DNA of 63,544 nt, counting the filler, from Folioceros fuciformis (lineage: Eukaryota), in assembly GCA_049999805.1 (NCBI GenBank). It is 7 parts of 7 records of this genome, joined end to end, with 100 filler letters (N's around TTAATTAATTAA, not from the genome) between each part and the next. Parts side by side here need not be neighbours in the genome. Positions count along the whole stretch, not along the records: positions 30,977 to 48,132 come from JBNGIO010005458.1; 6 more parts are not named here. One strand, given 5' to 3'. Of the stretch, positions 34,245 to 48,232 are shown one piece after another. Each line of letters starts with the position of its first letter. Position 1 is the first letter of the stretch. The translations under genes and the position numbers were made by a program. The notes under the pieces were generated by a model. That model had not been told where the DNA came from. It did not search any database and saw only the letters and a program-made list of their open reading frames with translations.

Positions 34245-35035
34245 CTGGGCAGTCTCCAAGTATATACACCTAGCTCCGACTGATTCCAAGTGTGGACATA
34301 AAATCTGGACAGTCTCCAACTAACTGGATACTTTTCCAAGTGTGGACATACTATCGGGACAGTCTCCAAGTATACATCTAGGACAGTCTCCAAGTATATA
34401 CATCTAGGACAGTCTCCAAGTATATACATCTAGGACAGTCTCCAAGTCTAGGAAAGTCTCCAAGTATATACATCTAGGACAGTCTCCAAGTATATACATC
34501 TAGGACAGTCTCCAAGTATATACATCTAGGACAATCTCCAAGTATATACATCTAGGACAGTCTCCAAGTATATACATCTAGGACAGTCTCCAAGTATATA
34601 CATCTAGGACAGTCTCCAAGTCTAGGACAGTCTCCAAGTATATACATCTAGGACAGTCTCCAAGTATATACATCTAGGACAGTCTCCAAGTCTAGGACAG
34701 TCTCCAAGTATATACATCTAGGACAGTCTCCAAGTATATACATCTAGGACAGTCTCCAAGTCTAGGACAGTCTCCAAGTATATACATCTAGGACAGTCTC
34801 CAAGTATNNNNNNNNNNTCCAAGTATATACATCTAGGACAGTCTCCAAGTATATACATCTAGGATAGTCTCCAAGTATATACATCTAGCTCTAATTACGA
34901 TGGGTATCCCAACTCCGGCCACTCCGACTCTAGAAACAAGTGATAACAAGTGATATGACAAGACAGTCTCCAAGTATATACACCTAGGAAACAAGTGATA
35001 TGACAGGACAGTCTCCAAGTATATAAACCTAGCTC
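34245..35035. repeat. Minisatellite, 26-bp unit CTAGGACAGTCTCCAAGTATATACAT with 18-bp variants
   Basis: About 20 near-perfect copies at ~34355-34890 with degenerate flanking copies. Confidence 0.95.
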
Positions 35036-35291
35036 CGATTGTTATGGGTATCCCGATTCCGGCTGGTATTCCGATTCCGGCTCCTTAAATGGGCATCCCG
35101 ATTCCGGCTTCTGAAATGGGTATCCGGTTCTGGCTCCTGTAATGATAGTACCTTTCTAGTCTTATATTGTACTCACTCTCAGTTACACTTTATTCACTCT
35201 CATTCATGCTTTCAATCATTCAGAAAGGTATTCACTCTCACTCATGCTTCCGGTTATTTCATCCTCATTCGAATAAGTGTTCCAGATTACC

Positions 35292-35428
35292 TCATGTGTC
35301 TTTGCACTATATAGGGCATGTGTCTTTGCACTATATAGGGCATGTGTCTTTGCANNNNNNNNNNTATATAGGGCATGTGTCTTTGCACTATATAGGGCAT
35401 GTGTCTTTGCACTATTTAGGGCATGTGC
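35292..35428. repeat. 24-bp tandem repeat GGCATGTGTCTTTGCACTATATAG
   Basis: About five copies spanning an N10 gap. Confidence 0.85.
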
Positions 35429-35495
35429 GATGGCAGAAATTCTTTGAACGCCTTTTGCATACCCGGGAAGCTCAAGCTCATTTGTATCCTCGTGG

Positions 35496-35879
35496 TCATA
35501 AGTACCACCAATATGAAGCTCTAGCTCTTACTCCATTAATTTCAAACAAAGATTCCCTTGCCACATTACTTGCCTCTATCTCCATATCACCAGGTCCACT
35601 ACTTTCACAATCATGAATTGCCTCTTCAAGCCGTGCATTATCAAAACTATCCTTTTCCTGTATGCACATGTTATGTAGGATAAGACATGCTTGCACCACC
35701 TTAGGGACATATTTGTTTCATGTCCAGCCGTTTGAGAAGGCACTTGAAACGAGCTTTTAACATGCCAAACACATGCTCTACAGCCATGCGAGTACTACTC
35801 TGGACAAAGTTCCAATTCTACTATACTAGTGAAAATCCATCTCTTGAGCCTCTATATAGTGTTAACATGTAAATACGAG
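35496..35879 (-). pseudogene. PIF/Harbinger (HARBI1-like) transposase, C-terminal part
   Basis: NWNFVQSSTRMAVEHVFGMLKARFKCLLKRL...VQACLILHNMC. Confidence 0.88.
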
Positions 35880-35884
35880 GCTAG

Positions 35885-38800
35885 TGAGGGATCACTAGAA
35901 GGAGCTACATGGTGAAGGAGGAAAGGAAGAGAGGCAAGGAGGAGGAGAAAAGAGAGGACACACTCTCACAATAGAGTCCCACAATAGCAAGGGAGCTCAA
36001 GGGGGTATTTATACCCTCTAGAAGAGCTCCCTAGGAAGCTTCACAAGAAGCGCACAGGAAGTTGCGCAAGAAGCTTCCTACAGATTAGCTGAAGCCAAAC
36101 TAAACTAATGATACTTAACTAGACACTAATCTTAGACTAAACACATTAGTCTAAGCACATTGGGCTTTACTAACCCTACAACCTCCTCCTTAAAGGTCAA
36201 TTTACCTTCATAGGAGAGTAGTCTACCTCATGCCCAAGAGTGTCCGAGCTTGTGCGAATTGCTTCGTAGAGAGCCCCTTAGTAAGAACATTTGCAGGGTT
36301 CTGACTGGTGTGAACTTTGACAAGCTGTACCCTCTTGTCTTCCAACACCTCTCGAATGAAGTGATACTTCACTTCCACATGTTTGGTCTTCGCATGAAAC
36401 ACTGGATTCTTCGCCAATTGGATAGCACTCTAGCTATCACAATGCAACACTGGCAGCTCAACCTTGATCCCCAAATCTCCCACTAAACGAGCAAGCCACA
36501 TGGATTCCTTGCAAGCCTCAATCGCTGCAACATACTCGGCCTCTGTGGTAGATAGCGTTATGCACGATTGCAAACGAGATCGCCATGAGACTGCCCCTCC
36601 AGTGCACATGAAGACATAACCTGATGTGGACCTCCTTTTGTCCATATCCCCTGCATAATCAGCATCCGTATATCCCACTACAGATGTATCTTCACTACCA
36701 AAACATAAGCACAAAGCTTTCGTACCATTGAAGTACCTCATAACTCCTTCCACTGCCTCCCAATGCTTCTTGCCAGGTTTTGACATAAACCTGCTAACCA
36801 CTCCCACTGCAAAAGCAATGTCAGGACGTGTAGCAATCATTGCATACATCAAACTCCCTACAGCTGATGAGGATGGAATTTTCTCCATTTCAACTTTGTC
36901 CTTCGCAGAGCTTGGGCAATCCTTGCTCGATAGTTTCACATATGGAGGCAACGGAGTACTCAATACCTTCCCCTTCTCCATATTGAAACGTTGAAGCACC
37001 TTGTTAATGTATTCAGTCTGAGACAAGTAAAGCAAATGCTTTTGCCTTTCTCGACGAATGCGCATGCCAAGAATATGGCTTGCCTCTCCCAAGTCTATCA
37101 TGTCAAAGCGAGCATTTAACTTTGACTTCAACATTGAAATCTCATCACTGTTAGTCCCAGCAATTAGCATATCATCCACATAGAGGACCAAAATGAACAA
37201 GCTTTCATCCTTAACTTGCTTCATATAGAGGCAATGATCCTCATCGCTACATTTGTAGCCTTGAGAAAGCATAAATGAGTGGAAGTTGAAATACCACTCC
37301 CTAGGTGCCTGCTTCAAACCATAAAGGCTCTTCTTTAACCTGCACACCAGATTCTCTTTGCCCTTCTCAATGAAACCCTCTGGTTGCTACATGTATACCT
37401 CTTTCTGGAGATCACCATGCAGAAATGCCAACTTCACATCCATCTAGACAAGTTCCATGTCGTGCCTCGCAACTAGGCCAAGAACACATCGCAAGGTGGT
37501 CATTTTGACATCTGGTGAGAAAATCTCATCAAAGTCAATACCTTGCTATTGCTTAAAACCCTTAGCAACTAATCGCGCCTTGTACTTGGGTCTGCCATAA
37601 TGGGGTATGTCCTTCATCTTATACACCCATTTGCATGGCAACACTTTCTTGCCCCTAGGCAACCGAACCAACTCCCAAGTTTGGTTCTTGTAGAGCGAAT
37701 CCATCTGCGACTGCATCGCCTTCTCCCACTTGTCCTTGTCAGTCACTGACATGGCCTCTTGATAACAAGAGGGCTCCCCACAATCCGTCAACATGACATA
37801 ATCAAGAGATGCAACATACCTGTCAGGAGGACGTGAGATCCTTCCTGACCTACGAAGCAATGGCGCCTCGACCGGAGCTGGTTGCACTCTCTCGTCTTCT
37901 ACAAGGGGAGGAACTTGTTCCTACACATCACGACGTTCAATTTGCGCGGGACAATCAAATCCATCTTCTTAGAAGACCACCCGTCGCACCTCCACAGTTG
38001 GAGTAGGCTTCTTATGCATCTTGGTCTCATTGAAGAACACGTCATTGCTGCGAACCATCCTCTTGGCTTCTGGATCCCACAGTCAGTATCCCATCTCACC
38101 GGATTCACCATAGCCAAGAAAAATACATTTCTTGGACTTAGGTGTTAACTTGTCCCGAAACTCCTTCGGAACATGGTAGTATGCCTCCAGCCAAACACTC
38201 GTAGATGCTTGTATGACGGCTTCTTTCCAGACCACATCTCCTCTGGAACCTGCTCATTCACAGCCCTATTAGGAGATCTGTTAATAAGATGCATCGCAGT
38301 GACCACTGCTTCTACCCAAAATCCGTTAGGCAATCTAGAGTTTGACAACAAACTACGTATCCTCTCCTGGATGGTCCTATTCATCCGTTCAGCCACACCA
38401 TTCTGGGGAGGAGTATACGGCGCAGTCAATTCTCTCTTGATTCCCTTGGAATCACAGAAGGACTGGAAAGCCTTCGAGACATACTCTCCCCATTGTCTGT
38501 CCTCAGACACTTCAGCCGGAGGCCAGACTGATTCTCCACAAGGGTGACGAATTTCTGAAACACTGTCAGAACATCATTCTTTTTCCTCAAAGGATAAACC
38601 CACACCTTGCGTGAGAAGTCATCAATGAGAGTGACAAAATAGGATGCACTGCCTAACGATACAGTGGGCATAGGTTCACAAACGTCACTGTGAACCAATT
38701 CAAGAGGTTTACTTTTATGTTTACCTCTTGCTCCATGTGGTGACTTCGTGAGTTTCCCATACAAACAGTGCTCACACACGGAGAAATCGGAGAAGCCAAA

Positions 38801-40696
38801 AGTAGGAACGTAACCAAAACGAGATAAGATCTTCATTCCTTTTTGAGACATATGTCCTAACCGTCTATGCCACAAGGAAACACTTGGCTGTTCCGTTACA
38901 CAAATCACATGATCCTGGATAGTGGTTACCTGAAGTGAGTATAAAGTGTCACACTTGGATCCACGAGCTAACACAAGAGAACCTTTGGAGATCTTCCACG
39001 AACGATCTCCAAACCAATAGTGGTAGCCAGCATCATCCAATTATCCTATGCTTATCATGCTTTTGGTCAACTTCGGAACATGCCTAACATCCTTCAGTAC
39101 GAATGAAGATCCATTGTCAAACTTCAGCTGCACATCACCAACGCGTGCAATCTCGCATGCGTAGTTATTTCCAAGCCAAACACATCCTTTCCTAGTAGCA
39201 TCATAAGTGCTAAACCACTCCCTATGCGGAGTAACATGGAAAGATGCTCCAAAGTCAATTATCCAATAAGAGAATAAGTGACTCTCCACGGCTGTCAGCT
39301 GTGCAGAATCGAAGGAAGAAGAAGTAAGAACATCTCCATCACCAATAGAGTTCACCTCGTCACGCTTGACACTTGGACTTTCCTTGTTGTCGCTCTGCTT
39401 CTTCTCCTTTGCTTTGTCCTTCTTGAACTTCTCGCAGTCCTTCCTGATGTGACCCTTCTTGTGACAATGGTAACACTCAACATTGTTACGACTACGAGAT
39501 TTGCTACGGGAAGAACTTTGCTCCATGTACTTCCCCTTTGAAGTGGACCTTCCTCTCACCATGAGGGCATCAGAACCTTTCGAAGGTTCCATATTCTTCC
39601 TGTTCACCTCCTCTGTTAACAGGCTACCTTCTACATTTACAATGGTAAGACCACTAGCATGAGCGGAATTACTCAGAGCTGTACAAAAGGTGCCCGAGCT
39701 CTCAGGTAATGTGACCAACAGAAACATAGCTCTCACGGAATCTGGGAACGAAATACCTTGAGATGAGAGCTGGGTGAAAATGGTATTGAACTCATTCAGA
39801 TGATCGGACATCCTCGTCCCTTCCTTCATCTTCAAGTCCACCAGCTATTTCAACCAATACACTTGAGAAGCCGCACTTTGCTTCTCGTACAGGTCACACA
39901 ACTTATGCCATAGCTCGTAGATTGTGGTCTTGTCTTTCACGTTAAAGTGGACCGACTTCGACAATGTTAGCATGATGGTAGACCTAGCAAGATCATCTAG
40001 ATCCTGCCACTCATCCTGAGTCATGCTAACAGGTTTCACTCCTAGCAACTTGATGGGCTTGATCTGCTTCTTCTGTACTAGAACATTATACACTTGTTCT
40101 TTCCGGAACGGGAAGTTAGTACCCTCTAACTTCTCGATATTGAACATGACGTTTTCTGAGGACGTCATGATTCAAAATCGCTGTAAATCAAGCAAAAGGC
40201 TAGTTAGAAAACGGTTGAAATAAAATATGGATTCTGCTACCCTCACCCTCGTTCCGAATCGGCTGTCCACAAGCCAACTCGGCGGGCCTAAATCCCCGAG
40301 CGGGGCAGTCCGGGCGCCTGGGGCGTCCCGCTGGCCGGGCTCGTGCAGCGCTCGACTGGCCTGGCCTGGCGCCCTGGCAAGCGCCTTTTGAGGGATCGCT
40401 AGAAGGAGCTACATGGTGAAGGAGGAGAGGCAAGGAGGAGGAGAAAAGATAGGACACACTCTCACAATAAAGTCCCTCAATAGCAAGGGTTCTCAAGGGG
40501 GTATTTATACCCTCTAGAAGAGCTCCCTAGGAAGCTTCACAAGAAGCGCACATGAAGCTGCGCAAGAAGCTTCTTATAGATTAGCTTCCTATAGTTTAGA
40601 TTAGCTTAAGCTAATCTAAACTAATGATACTTAACTAGACACTAATCTTAGACTAAACACATTAGTCTAAGCACATTGGGCTTTAATAACCCTACA
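35885..40696 (-). mobile_element. Full-length degenerate Ty1/copia element (family A): LTRs 40389-40696 and 35885-36180, gag-pol 40168-36223
   Basis: Paired TG..CA LTRs; PPT TTTAAGGAGGAGG; imperfect 5-bp TSD GCTAG (35880-35884) / GCCAG (40697-40701). Motifs CYHCHKKGHIRKDC, WHRRLGH, PPQNGVAERMN, YVDD, YTDADYAGD. The canonical PBS is missing after the 5' LTR. Confidence 0.95.
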
Positions 40697-40701
40697 GCCA
40701 G

Positions 40702-41545
40702 TACCCTGCTGATATCACCCGCCAAACTATACTGACCTATCTTAACGCGATCACACATATGCCCAAGTGTGGTACACTTGAACAAGTTCCAATCATTGAG
40801 ACTACGTGCCCAGCCGAAATCGTAATCCCATACATAGCAAAGGGTAGAGAGTGTAAGTTGTAGCAATTGAGAGTAAAAGCCCTTGCGATTGTAATAGTCC
40901 GCTTTGTAGCAACTGAGAGTAAAAGCCCTTACGATTGTAATAGTCTGCCTTGTTGACAGAGGGTCCTATTATCGGTATGTGGCTACCATCCACAGCCCCT
41001 GCAACATATGGAATGCCTCGAATGGCTTCAAACTGGCTAGCATACCTTTGCATACGAGCCTTCAATGATCATGAAATATAGGTATGATGTAAGGTTTGCA
41101 CAAAAGTGGTGAACACATACACATACAGTAGATGTTCCGTATGTAGAGAGATCCCCAATTATTTGCAATTTGTCACCTCCTGCAAGCTTAAGTAAGGACA
41201 TAGCAACTTTATGTTCAAGTAGCACACCTTTCCTCTATGAAGTATCTCGAGTTGTAAGCACATGATTGAGCTTGGCACAGATGGCGTGAAATGTGGATTT
41301 TGAAATCCACATTCTTCTCTTGAACATTGCATCATTGTATGAGCCCATGAGCTATTGGTCAAAGAATGACTGGCTTCTAGGATATATCCATGTACTTTTG
41401 GCAATGGGAGAAGCCCAGCTGTCTTGAACTTGCAACTGCAAACCTGTGCCCCAAGAACCCAACACCAATGCCAATGATGATGATCAGCCGCTTCAATGGC
41501 TACATATGCAAGGACGCTCAGCATGATTGCTTGCAAGAGGCGCAT
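40702..41545 (-). pseudogene. PIF/Harbinger (HARBI1-like) transposase, N-terminal and catalytic part
   Basis: EHKVAMSLLKLAGG, GAVDGSHIPI...DYYNRKGFYS, GWARSLND, LAGD. Frameshifts and a ~46-bp internal duplication near 40865-40950. Confidence 0.9.
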
Positions 41546-42184
41546 GTCTGTAGGTTCTATTGCAATCACGGCGCCTAGGTACACTGTAGCCAAGGGAATA
41601 TGGGAGTGCGATGCGTGGACAAAGTGAAGCGATGGAAGAAGCCACGAGATAAGATACAATTTTTAATATCTCCTATTAAATTACCTAATAAAAAAACCTA
41701 TATTTTATTATATTAAATAATATAAGTAAATAACCATGTCATCATAATGGTGAAACCATTTCATCACTCTATATGTGAAATGGTGCCGCCGGTCCTGGAA
41801 AGACCGGCCAGAGCAAGTGTGCCAAGACCGACCTGCCATTGTGACAATGTGTGAATCCCGCCTCACATCGCTCTAACCCTCACGTCTCGCGGCAACCTGG
41901 GCAGATGCTGTCTATTAAGAATGTGGGGAATGCATTTGGGTCTATTTTTCTCCCATCCCTCCATCAACCCAACATCTTTAGGCTCAGCTTTTACATCCGA
42001 TTGTGGCCATGGCATTCTCTACGTCGCGTTCCGGCTACGGCGCTGCATAGTGCACCAACATTCGGTGGGGTCGGGAACATAACATAGCGTCCTTCATCAG
42101 CCACCAACCAAACAGCCCTTGCCAAGATGAGAGGAAGGCCAACTGACCAAGGGTCAAAAGGCCTAGGAGATGATGAAAGGTACT

Positions 42185-45100
42185 TGTTAGAGGTTACTTA
42201 TGTAACCTATGGTTAACCTAACTCGATTACTTATATGATAGGGTTAGCAATACTTGACTATATAATATACAATGTTCTTATTTCTTAATACACACTTTCT
42301 CTATATATGCTTTCTTGCGTCTAGTTCTTCTATACTAGAGTGTCATGAGCACTTACAGAAAGTATCATGGTATCAGAGCAATCAGTGCTCTGAGTCTTCC
42401 GCTGCACATTCTCTAGTCACTAGGTGTAATGTTCAGTTAGTGAATAAGAGGTGTCAGTGAACCTCAACCTTCTCGAGATGGGAAGGTTGAGATTTGCTGA
42501 CATCTCCATGCTACCAACCTGCACAAAACACGTTAGCTTAGTTTGTCTTTTCTATCTAGTTGCTGCTTTGGTGAATCAAGTTGTTCAACTCAAGGTTCTT
42601 CACTCTTCTGCTTCAATCAGTTCAACCAGTTGCTGCATTGTATCTTGAATCCTTGGTGCTTGCACGAGAAGGAGTTAGCGTTGTGGAAAAACATCCTAAC
42701 GATCTCCAGATCTGAAAGGGTGCGAGGTAGTTTTAGGGATTCTCGTGCGCTGGACAGAATGCTCATAGCAGGTCATCCCTGCTTGTTGATTCATTCAAGT
42801 ACTAGGATCTCTATTGGTGAAGTGCACTAGCTACCTTCTGGTCACCTACTGAGTAGTCTTGGCAACCTGTCACATTGAAATGAACCGTTGTCAATTTTCA
42901 GTTAGGGTTTTCTTGTTTCAAGTTCACGAGACATTTCTTAGGATTCACTTAAAACAGCACTTACCCGTTCGTGTCTGGGCTAGCGTCGTTCTATTTCCTG
43001 TGAATCCAGTTGGTTATGTCATGGTTTGATCTAGACAGTGACTCTAATAGCTCTCCCTTCTATTTGCTTTACTTTAACCCATCACTCCCTGCACAATCGA
43101 CAACACTTAGTAGCCCTAATATGTCGACAGGTGTAGTTCCTTAGTCTACGTCTGCAGGATCCCTCTACTCTGGAGAATTTAAGGAAAAAGATCGATTTGA
43201 TGGAAAGCTACTTTGCTTTGAGAGTTGGAAAGTTCGTATGAAGACAAACTTGGATGCTAGAGACATTTGGGAATATATGGATGGTTTGATTCCCATCCCA
43301 TTCCTTGTTCCCGCCACAACAACAATACAACCGTCAGCAAATGAGAAAGCAAAATGGAAGAAGGGCAATAAAATCGCCTTCGCAATTTTGCTATCCGGCC
43401 TGGACGAGACAACTGTCACTAAAGTTGACTTCCTGGAATCAGCTGAAGCAGTTTGGAATCAACTTTCGGAGACTTACCAGGTTCAAAATATCTGTACTTT
43501 GATTAATGTTCGGAATGACTTTCACAGTCTTAGGCTGAAGGAGGGGGAACCAGTTGGAGCACATATCACTAAGTTGAGGCACCTGCGAGCACAACTTGTT
43601 GCGTTGGGTACCAAGATAACGGATGTGGAAATGACTGCTCAACTGTTGTCTAGCCTGCCTTCTTCCTTTCAAACATTTATCTTTAGTCAAAATGCCACTC
43701 TGCATGATGTATATAAGGCAGCAGCAAGTGGACAGCCTTCGACCTTGAATCTGAATGAAATAGTTGGGGCACTCCTGCAAGAGGAGCAAAGTTGTCAGCG
43801 AGCTCATTCAGGTTCACGGCTTCGTGGTGAGAAAGTCCTTTATGCTACAAAGGGCAAAGGACTATGGAAGGGGAAGGATAATAAGAACAAGAAAGACCAA
43901 AATTTATCTGGTCCTCCTTGTTCTTCTTCTTCAGCCACCAAGCGCCAAGGTAGTTGTAACTGGTGCCAGATACCAGGTCACTAGGAATGTGACTGCAGCA
44001 AGAAAAAGGCTGGTGAGCCCAAGAAGGATGCAAGATTTGAGGCTCATGTTTCTACAAAGGAACTTAAATCGTCACCTGCTCGACAGCAATCTGCTGGCAG
44101 TAGCAGTACAGTTCTTATAGTTTGCTTGACCTCCACCATTGAAAATTCTTGGCATTGGTATATTGACTCAGGAGCTACTGCTCATGTTTGCAATAACTAG
44201 CAGATGTTTTCAACCTTCCACGAACAGAAGACATTCTTGTCAGTTTTTGTAGGAGATTCTCGTGGTGTAGAGGAAAAAGGAACTGGTGAGGTTGATAGAC
44301 CTTTGCTTGATGGCTCCACATTGCATCTTCAGGATGTTCTGTACGTTCCTGAAATGGGTAAGAATTTGCTGTCCATTCGAGCCATTAGTGAAAGCCATAA
44401 GTATGGCTTTAGGTTTGAAGATTAGACCTGCTACATCTACTCACTATTTGATCCAGAAAGTCATGTTGCTAAAGCTGTCCTTGTTAATGATCTATATCAA
44501 CTAGTGACCATACATAAGTCCAAGTTTAGTTTACTTACAGCTTTGGATGTTCAGGCTCAAGTGTGGCACACTAGGTTAGATCATGTGAACAAATCCAAAC
44601 TTGATTTGATGTCTAACTCATCCTGCTATCATGAGCGTCTGCCACCGTGCTTTAAACACCTTGCACCTTGTAGTTCCTATATTCTGTCCAAGCATAAAGA
44701 ACTTCCATTTAAAAATAAACAAGCTACACGTGCAAAGCAAGTATTGGAGCTGGTGCATGTAGACATAGCTGGAAAGTTACCTGTCAAGTCCCTTGGAGGT
44801 GCTGAATATTACTTAACAGTGACGGACGACTTTTCTCGCTACACATGGACTTTCCCCCTCAGATCGAAAAGTGATGTATTTGAAACCATCTTCACTTGGA
44901 TCAAGATGGTACAGAGACAAACGAGTAAACTGGTGAAGTGTTTCCGTACTGATAATGGCGGAGAGTTCACAAGTCGACAGTTTGATGAACTCTTTGAGGA
45001 GTATGGCATAACAAGGCAGGTTTCTGTGCCCTACACACAACAATAGAATTGTGTGGCAGAAAGGAAAAATCAGACCCTCATGGGCATGGTTAGAAGCATG

Positions 45101-46407
45101 CTTTCATGGGCTGCCCTTCCAAAGAAATATTGGGTAGAAGCTGTGGTTTGTGCTACTTACATCTTGAACAAAGTAGTGACTTCTGCTTTGCCTGGTAGAA
45201 CTCCTTTTGAAGCCTTTTGGGCTCGAAAACCTAGTTTACTCCACTTGAAGGTGTTTGGGTCTCCAGCTTTTGTGTATGTCCCTGAAGTCTAAAGGAAAAA
45301 GTTAGATAACAGAGCTCAACCTCTCATCTTTCTAGGATATTCAAAGGAGTCTAAAGCCTATAAGTTATTTGATCCTTCTATGTCTAAGATTACCTTGTCA
45401 CAAAGTGCTACTTAATCTGAGCTCACTTCTCCTCATTCTGATCTTGAAGTTACACGATTGTATTCATCAGAACCATCCTCCACAACCCAAGACTTGTTTG
45501 CTGGTCTAGACGTAGAGCAGACTCAAGTTCCTTTTCCTTACCCAAATTCTAATGGTGAAGTACTTATTCCGGCTGATCTTGCTGCTAGATGAGTGGAACT
45601 TGATGTTTTGCATGCACAGGATGTCCAACCAGCTATAGATCCTGCCAATCAAGATGACGACATTCAGTCAATTCAATCTGAAGACTCTAACATATCAAAT
45701 GGTTTTACAGCAGAAGAGGTTCGTCAGGATGTTGTGAATGAGGAGGACTTATTTGAAACTGATGTAGTAGCTCCTGTGGAAGCCCCTGAAGATGAATCCT
45801 CTCACTATCCAGTGCGAGAGCGCAGGTCCCGGGACAATTGGCTTGAACCTCTGTATCAAGCACCTGATTTTCGTAGACATGGAGCACATGTTACAGATCT
45901 GCATATGCCTGATGTATGACCAGACCCACAGAGTTATTCAGAGGCTCTGTCAGGACCTGATGCTGAACATTGGAGAGTCTCCATCGATGATGAGTACAAC
46001 TCGTTGATGAAGAATGACACATGGGAGCTCGCAGACCTACCCCCTGAACGTAAGCCAATTACCTGCAAATGGGTTTTTAAAACCAAGCTTAAAGCTGATG
46101 GCACTATATCTAGATACAAGAGCAGATTGTACCCAGGGGATTCTCATAGGTTCCAGGTGTAGATTTTGGAGACACGTTTTCACCTGTGGTGAAGCCACCT
46201 TCCGTCAAAATCTTACTTGCCCTTACTGCCGAGTTCGATCTGGAGCTTCATCAAATGGATGTTTGTACAGCCTTCCCGCATGGAGAGCTTGAAGAGGCCC
46301 TGTATGTGGTTCAACCTAAAGGGTTTGTCAGTCAGAAGTGGCCTCACAAAGTTTGTAAACTACTGAAGACAATCTATGGCCTTAAACAGAGTCCTAGAGC
46401 ATGGAAT
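42185..46407 (+). mobile_element. Degenerate Ty1/copia element (LTR 42185-42367, PBS 42368-42379, gag-pol from ~43121), interrupted within RT
   Basis: TGTTAG..CA LTR then TGGTATCAGAGC. GEFKEKDRFDG gag (same family as 25380), [16 protein letters not shown]. Homology stops after [10 protein letters not shown]. Confidence 0.92.
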
Positions 46408-48132
46408 AGTGTCCAACCCAGATGGGCATATTCCGCCATTTTGGGCTTCGCAAGGTTTTGGTGCTGAAAACTCGTGTCAGATATCCACATTTTCCCATGT
46501 TCTTGTCAGGAGAACCCAAAATGTGGCCTAAAAGAGTGTTGAGTATAAACTTAATCATCAATTGTTTCCAAAGTACTAGCAAATTTGCGGGTGTCATTGC
46601 AATCAAATACATGACAAAACCTCGTAGTATGGCGGGTATCACGTAATTCACGTGTTATTGGATTCCATGTAAAGTCATAGGTGTTTGAGCGATACCTCAT
46701 ACCAGGTGACCCTATTCCTCAAAATTATCACCTGTCGATATCTATATGCCTTTATCAGAAACGGTGGCGAGATAGAACACCAATGACCTGGCGCGGAACA
46801 AGCAAGAGTGCACCGGTAGACCGGCGCACTCTTGCTCTCTTTAGTAAAGTGCGCCGGTTGACCGGCGCACATTGCGAAAGGCACATGTATGTCAAGTTGA
46901 AAACGAAACTTGACTGGCGCTATATACAATAATTATCATACCAGTTTGTACTTAACACTTTTATCTAAAAGGCTTATAAGTTTTCATTATTTTCAGGCGG
47001 CAGTGTATCCTGGTCGCGATTGAGGACGTATAAGTTTCTGCGAATGAGAGTCCTCGTTCGGGAGGAAAGCTGTTTTTGGCGTGTCAAGTCAAATCCATAT
47101 GCTAGAATAAAAGTGTCTTCAATGAATAATGTATCTATATGCTTCCGATGTCTTCTGCTTGACCTGCATCTGCGACCGCCATGTAACCCTCTTGGCGGAG
47201 CTTCATGTGGTAAAATCATCTCTTCTTGGTAACGACCCTCAAAGGCATATGAACATTTGGTAACCCACCATTGCACTTTGACACATGGTTTCTCATATGT
47301 AATATCTACCTCTAAGACTTTGGCAATCCAAAACGGCCTATTGTCTTTGTTAGTCTCGCAAGGGACTGCAATCATATGCCCTTTTTTCTATTTCGGTTAT
47401 ATACCCGTTCAAACTGTTGCGGTCGTCATTGAGGTCCGTCTCCCACATACATGCCCCCACATACATGTTTCTTCCGGGAATCTTGCGGATGCGTGGATTG
47501 TGAACAACCATTTTGTCTGGTATGGTAACGGGTGTGTTCAATATTTCTGCCGCCTCCTGATTATACCACCACCAAGGAGAATCAAGGTCTCTTTCTACAC
47601 CAGAGTTTATAGAATGCACGATAGCCTCTTGCTCTGCCCAAAACCCATCCCACCACAAGTTCTCGCCTGATCCTAAGTGTTGTCGTAATCGCATCTCCAA
47701 TTTTGATCTGATTTGTGCCAGATGATATTCAACGACATTGTCCGGAACTGTCCTTTTTTTTTTTGCTCGTGGATTGTTGATGTAAAAATGGAGTAGCTTT
47801 GATATCTGTGTTCGGAATATACCTCAGAAACTCGATACCCTCATCCGGCGACCAAAATTTGTCTGTACAATACTGCTTCCCACGCATCACTGTTATAAAG
47901 CCCCGTTCACCTCGGCTCTCCCTTGTGATCTTGAACTGGTGTTGGAACGATATATTGTGTAGTGGGTGAACAGCTAATACATTCTGATAACCGGCTTTTC
48001 CGTAAGGTATAGGCCACACAAATCGCCGGAAGTTTGGCACCTCCTTTACTTCATGCACTGCTGGCGTAGGTGTATAAGAACTTTGCATAACAGCGATGAG
48101 TGCAAGTAAAGTTAGTGCTTCTTTCCTTCCCA
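46408..48132 (-). mobile_element. Inserted putative DNA transposon, 3' part of a DUF7869-type transposase-like gene with a C-terminal beta-barrel domain
   Basis: ALTLLALIAVMQSSYTPTPAVHEVKEVPNF...LHNISFQHQFKI...KQYCTDKFWSP resembles the segment after the GHTHEDID motif in such proteins (from memory). MIAVP...PFWIAKVLEV...VKVQWW is SH3/Tudor-like. Frameshifted; the catalytic core would lie beyond the contig end. Confidence 0.5.
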
Positions 48133-48232
48133 NNNNNNNNNNNNNNNNNNNNNNNNNNNNNNNNNNNNNNNNNNNNTTAATTAATTAANNNNNNNNNNNN
48201 NNNNNNNNNNNNNNNNNNNNNNNNNNNNNNNN

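Noticed and set aside
34245-35035. Repeat array just downstream of the Uma2 nuclease, superficially CRISPR-like
   Set aside because: Units are head-to-tail with no unique spacers and there are no cas genes; it is a minisatellite.
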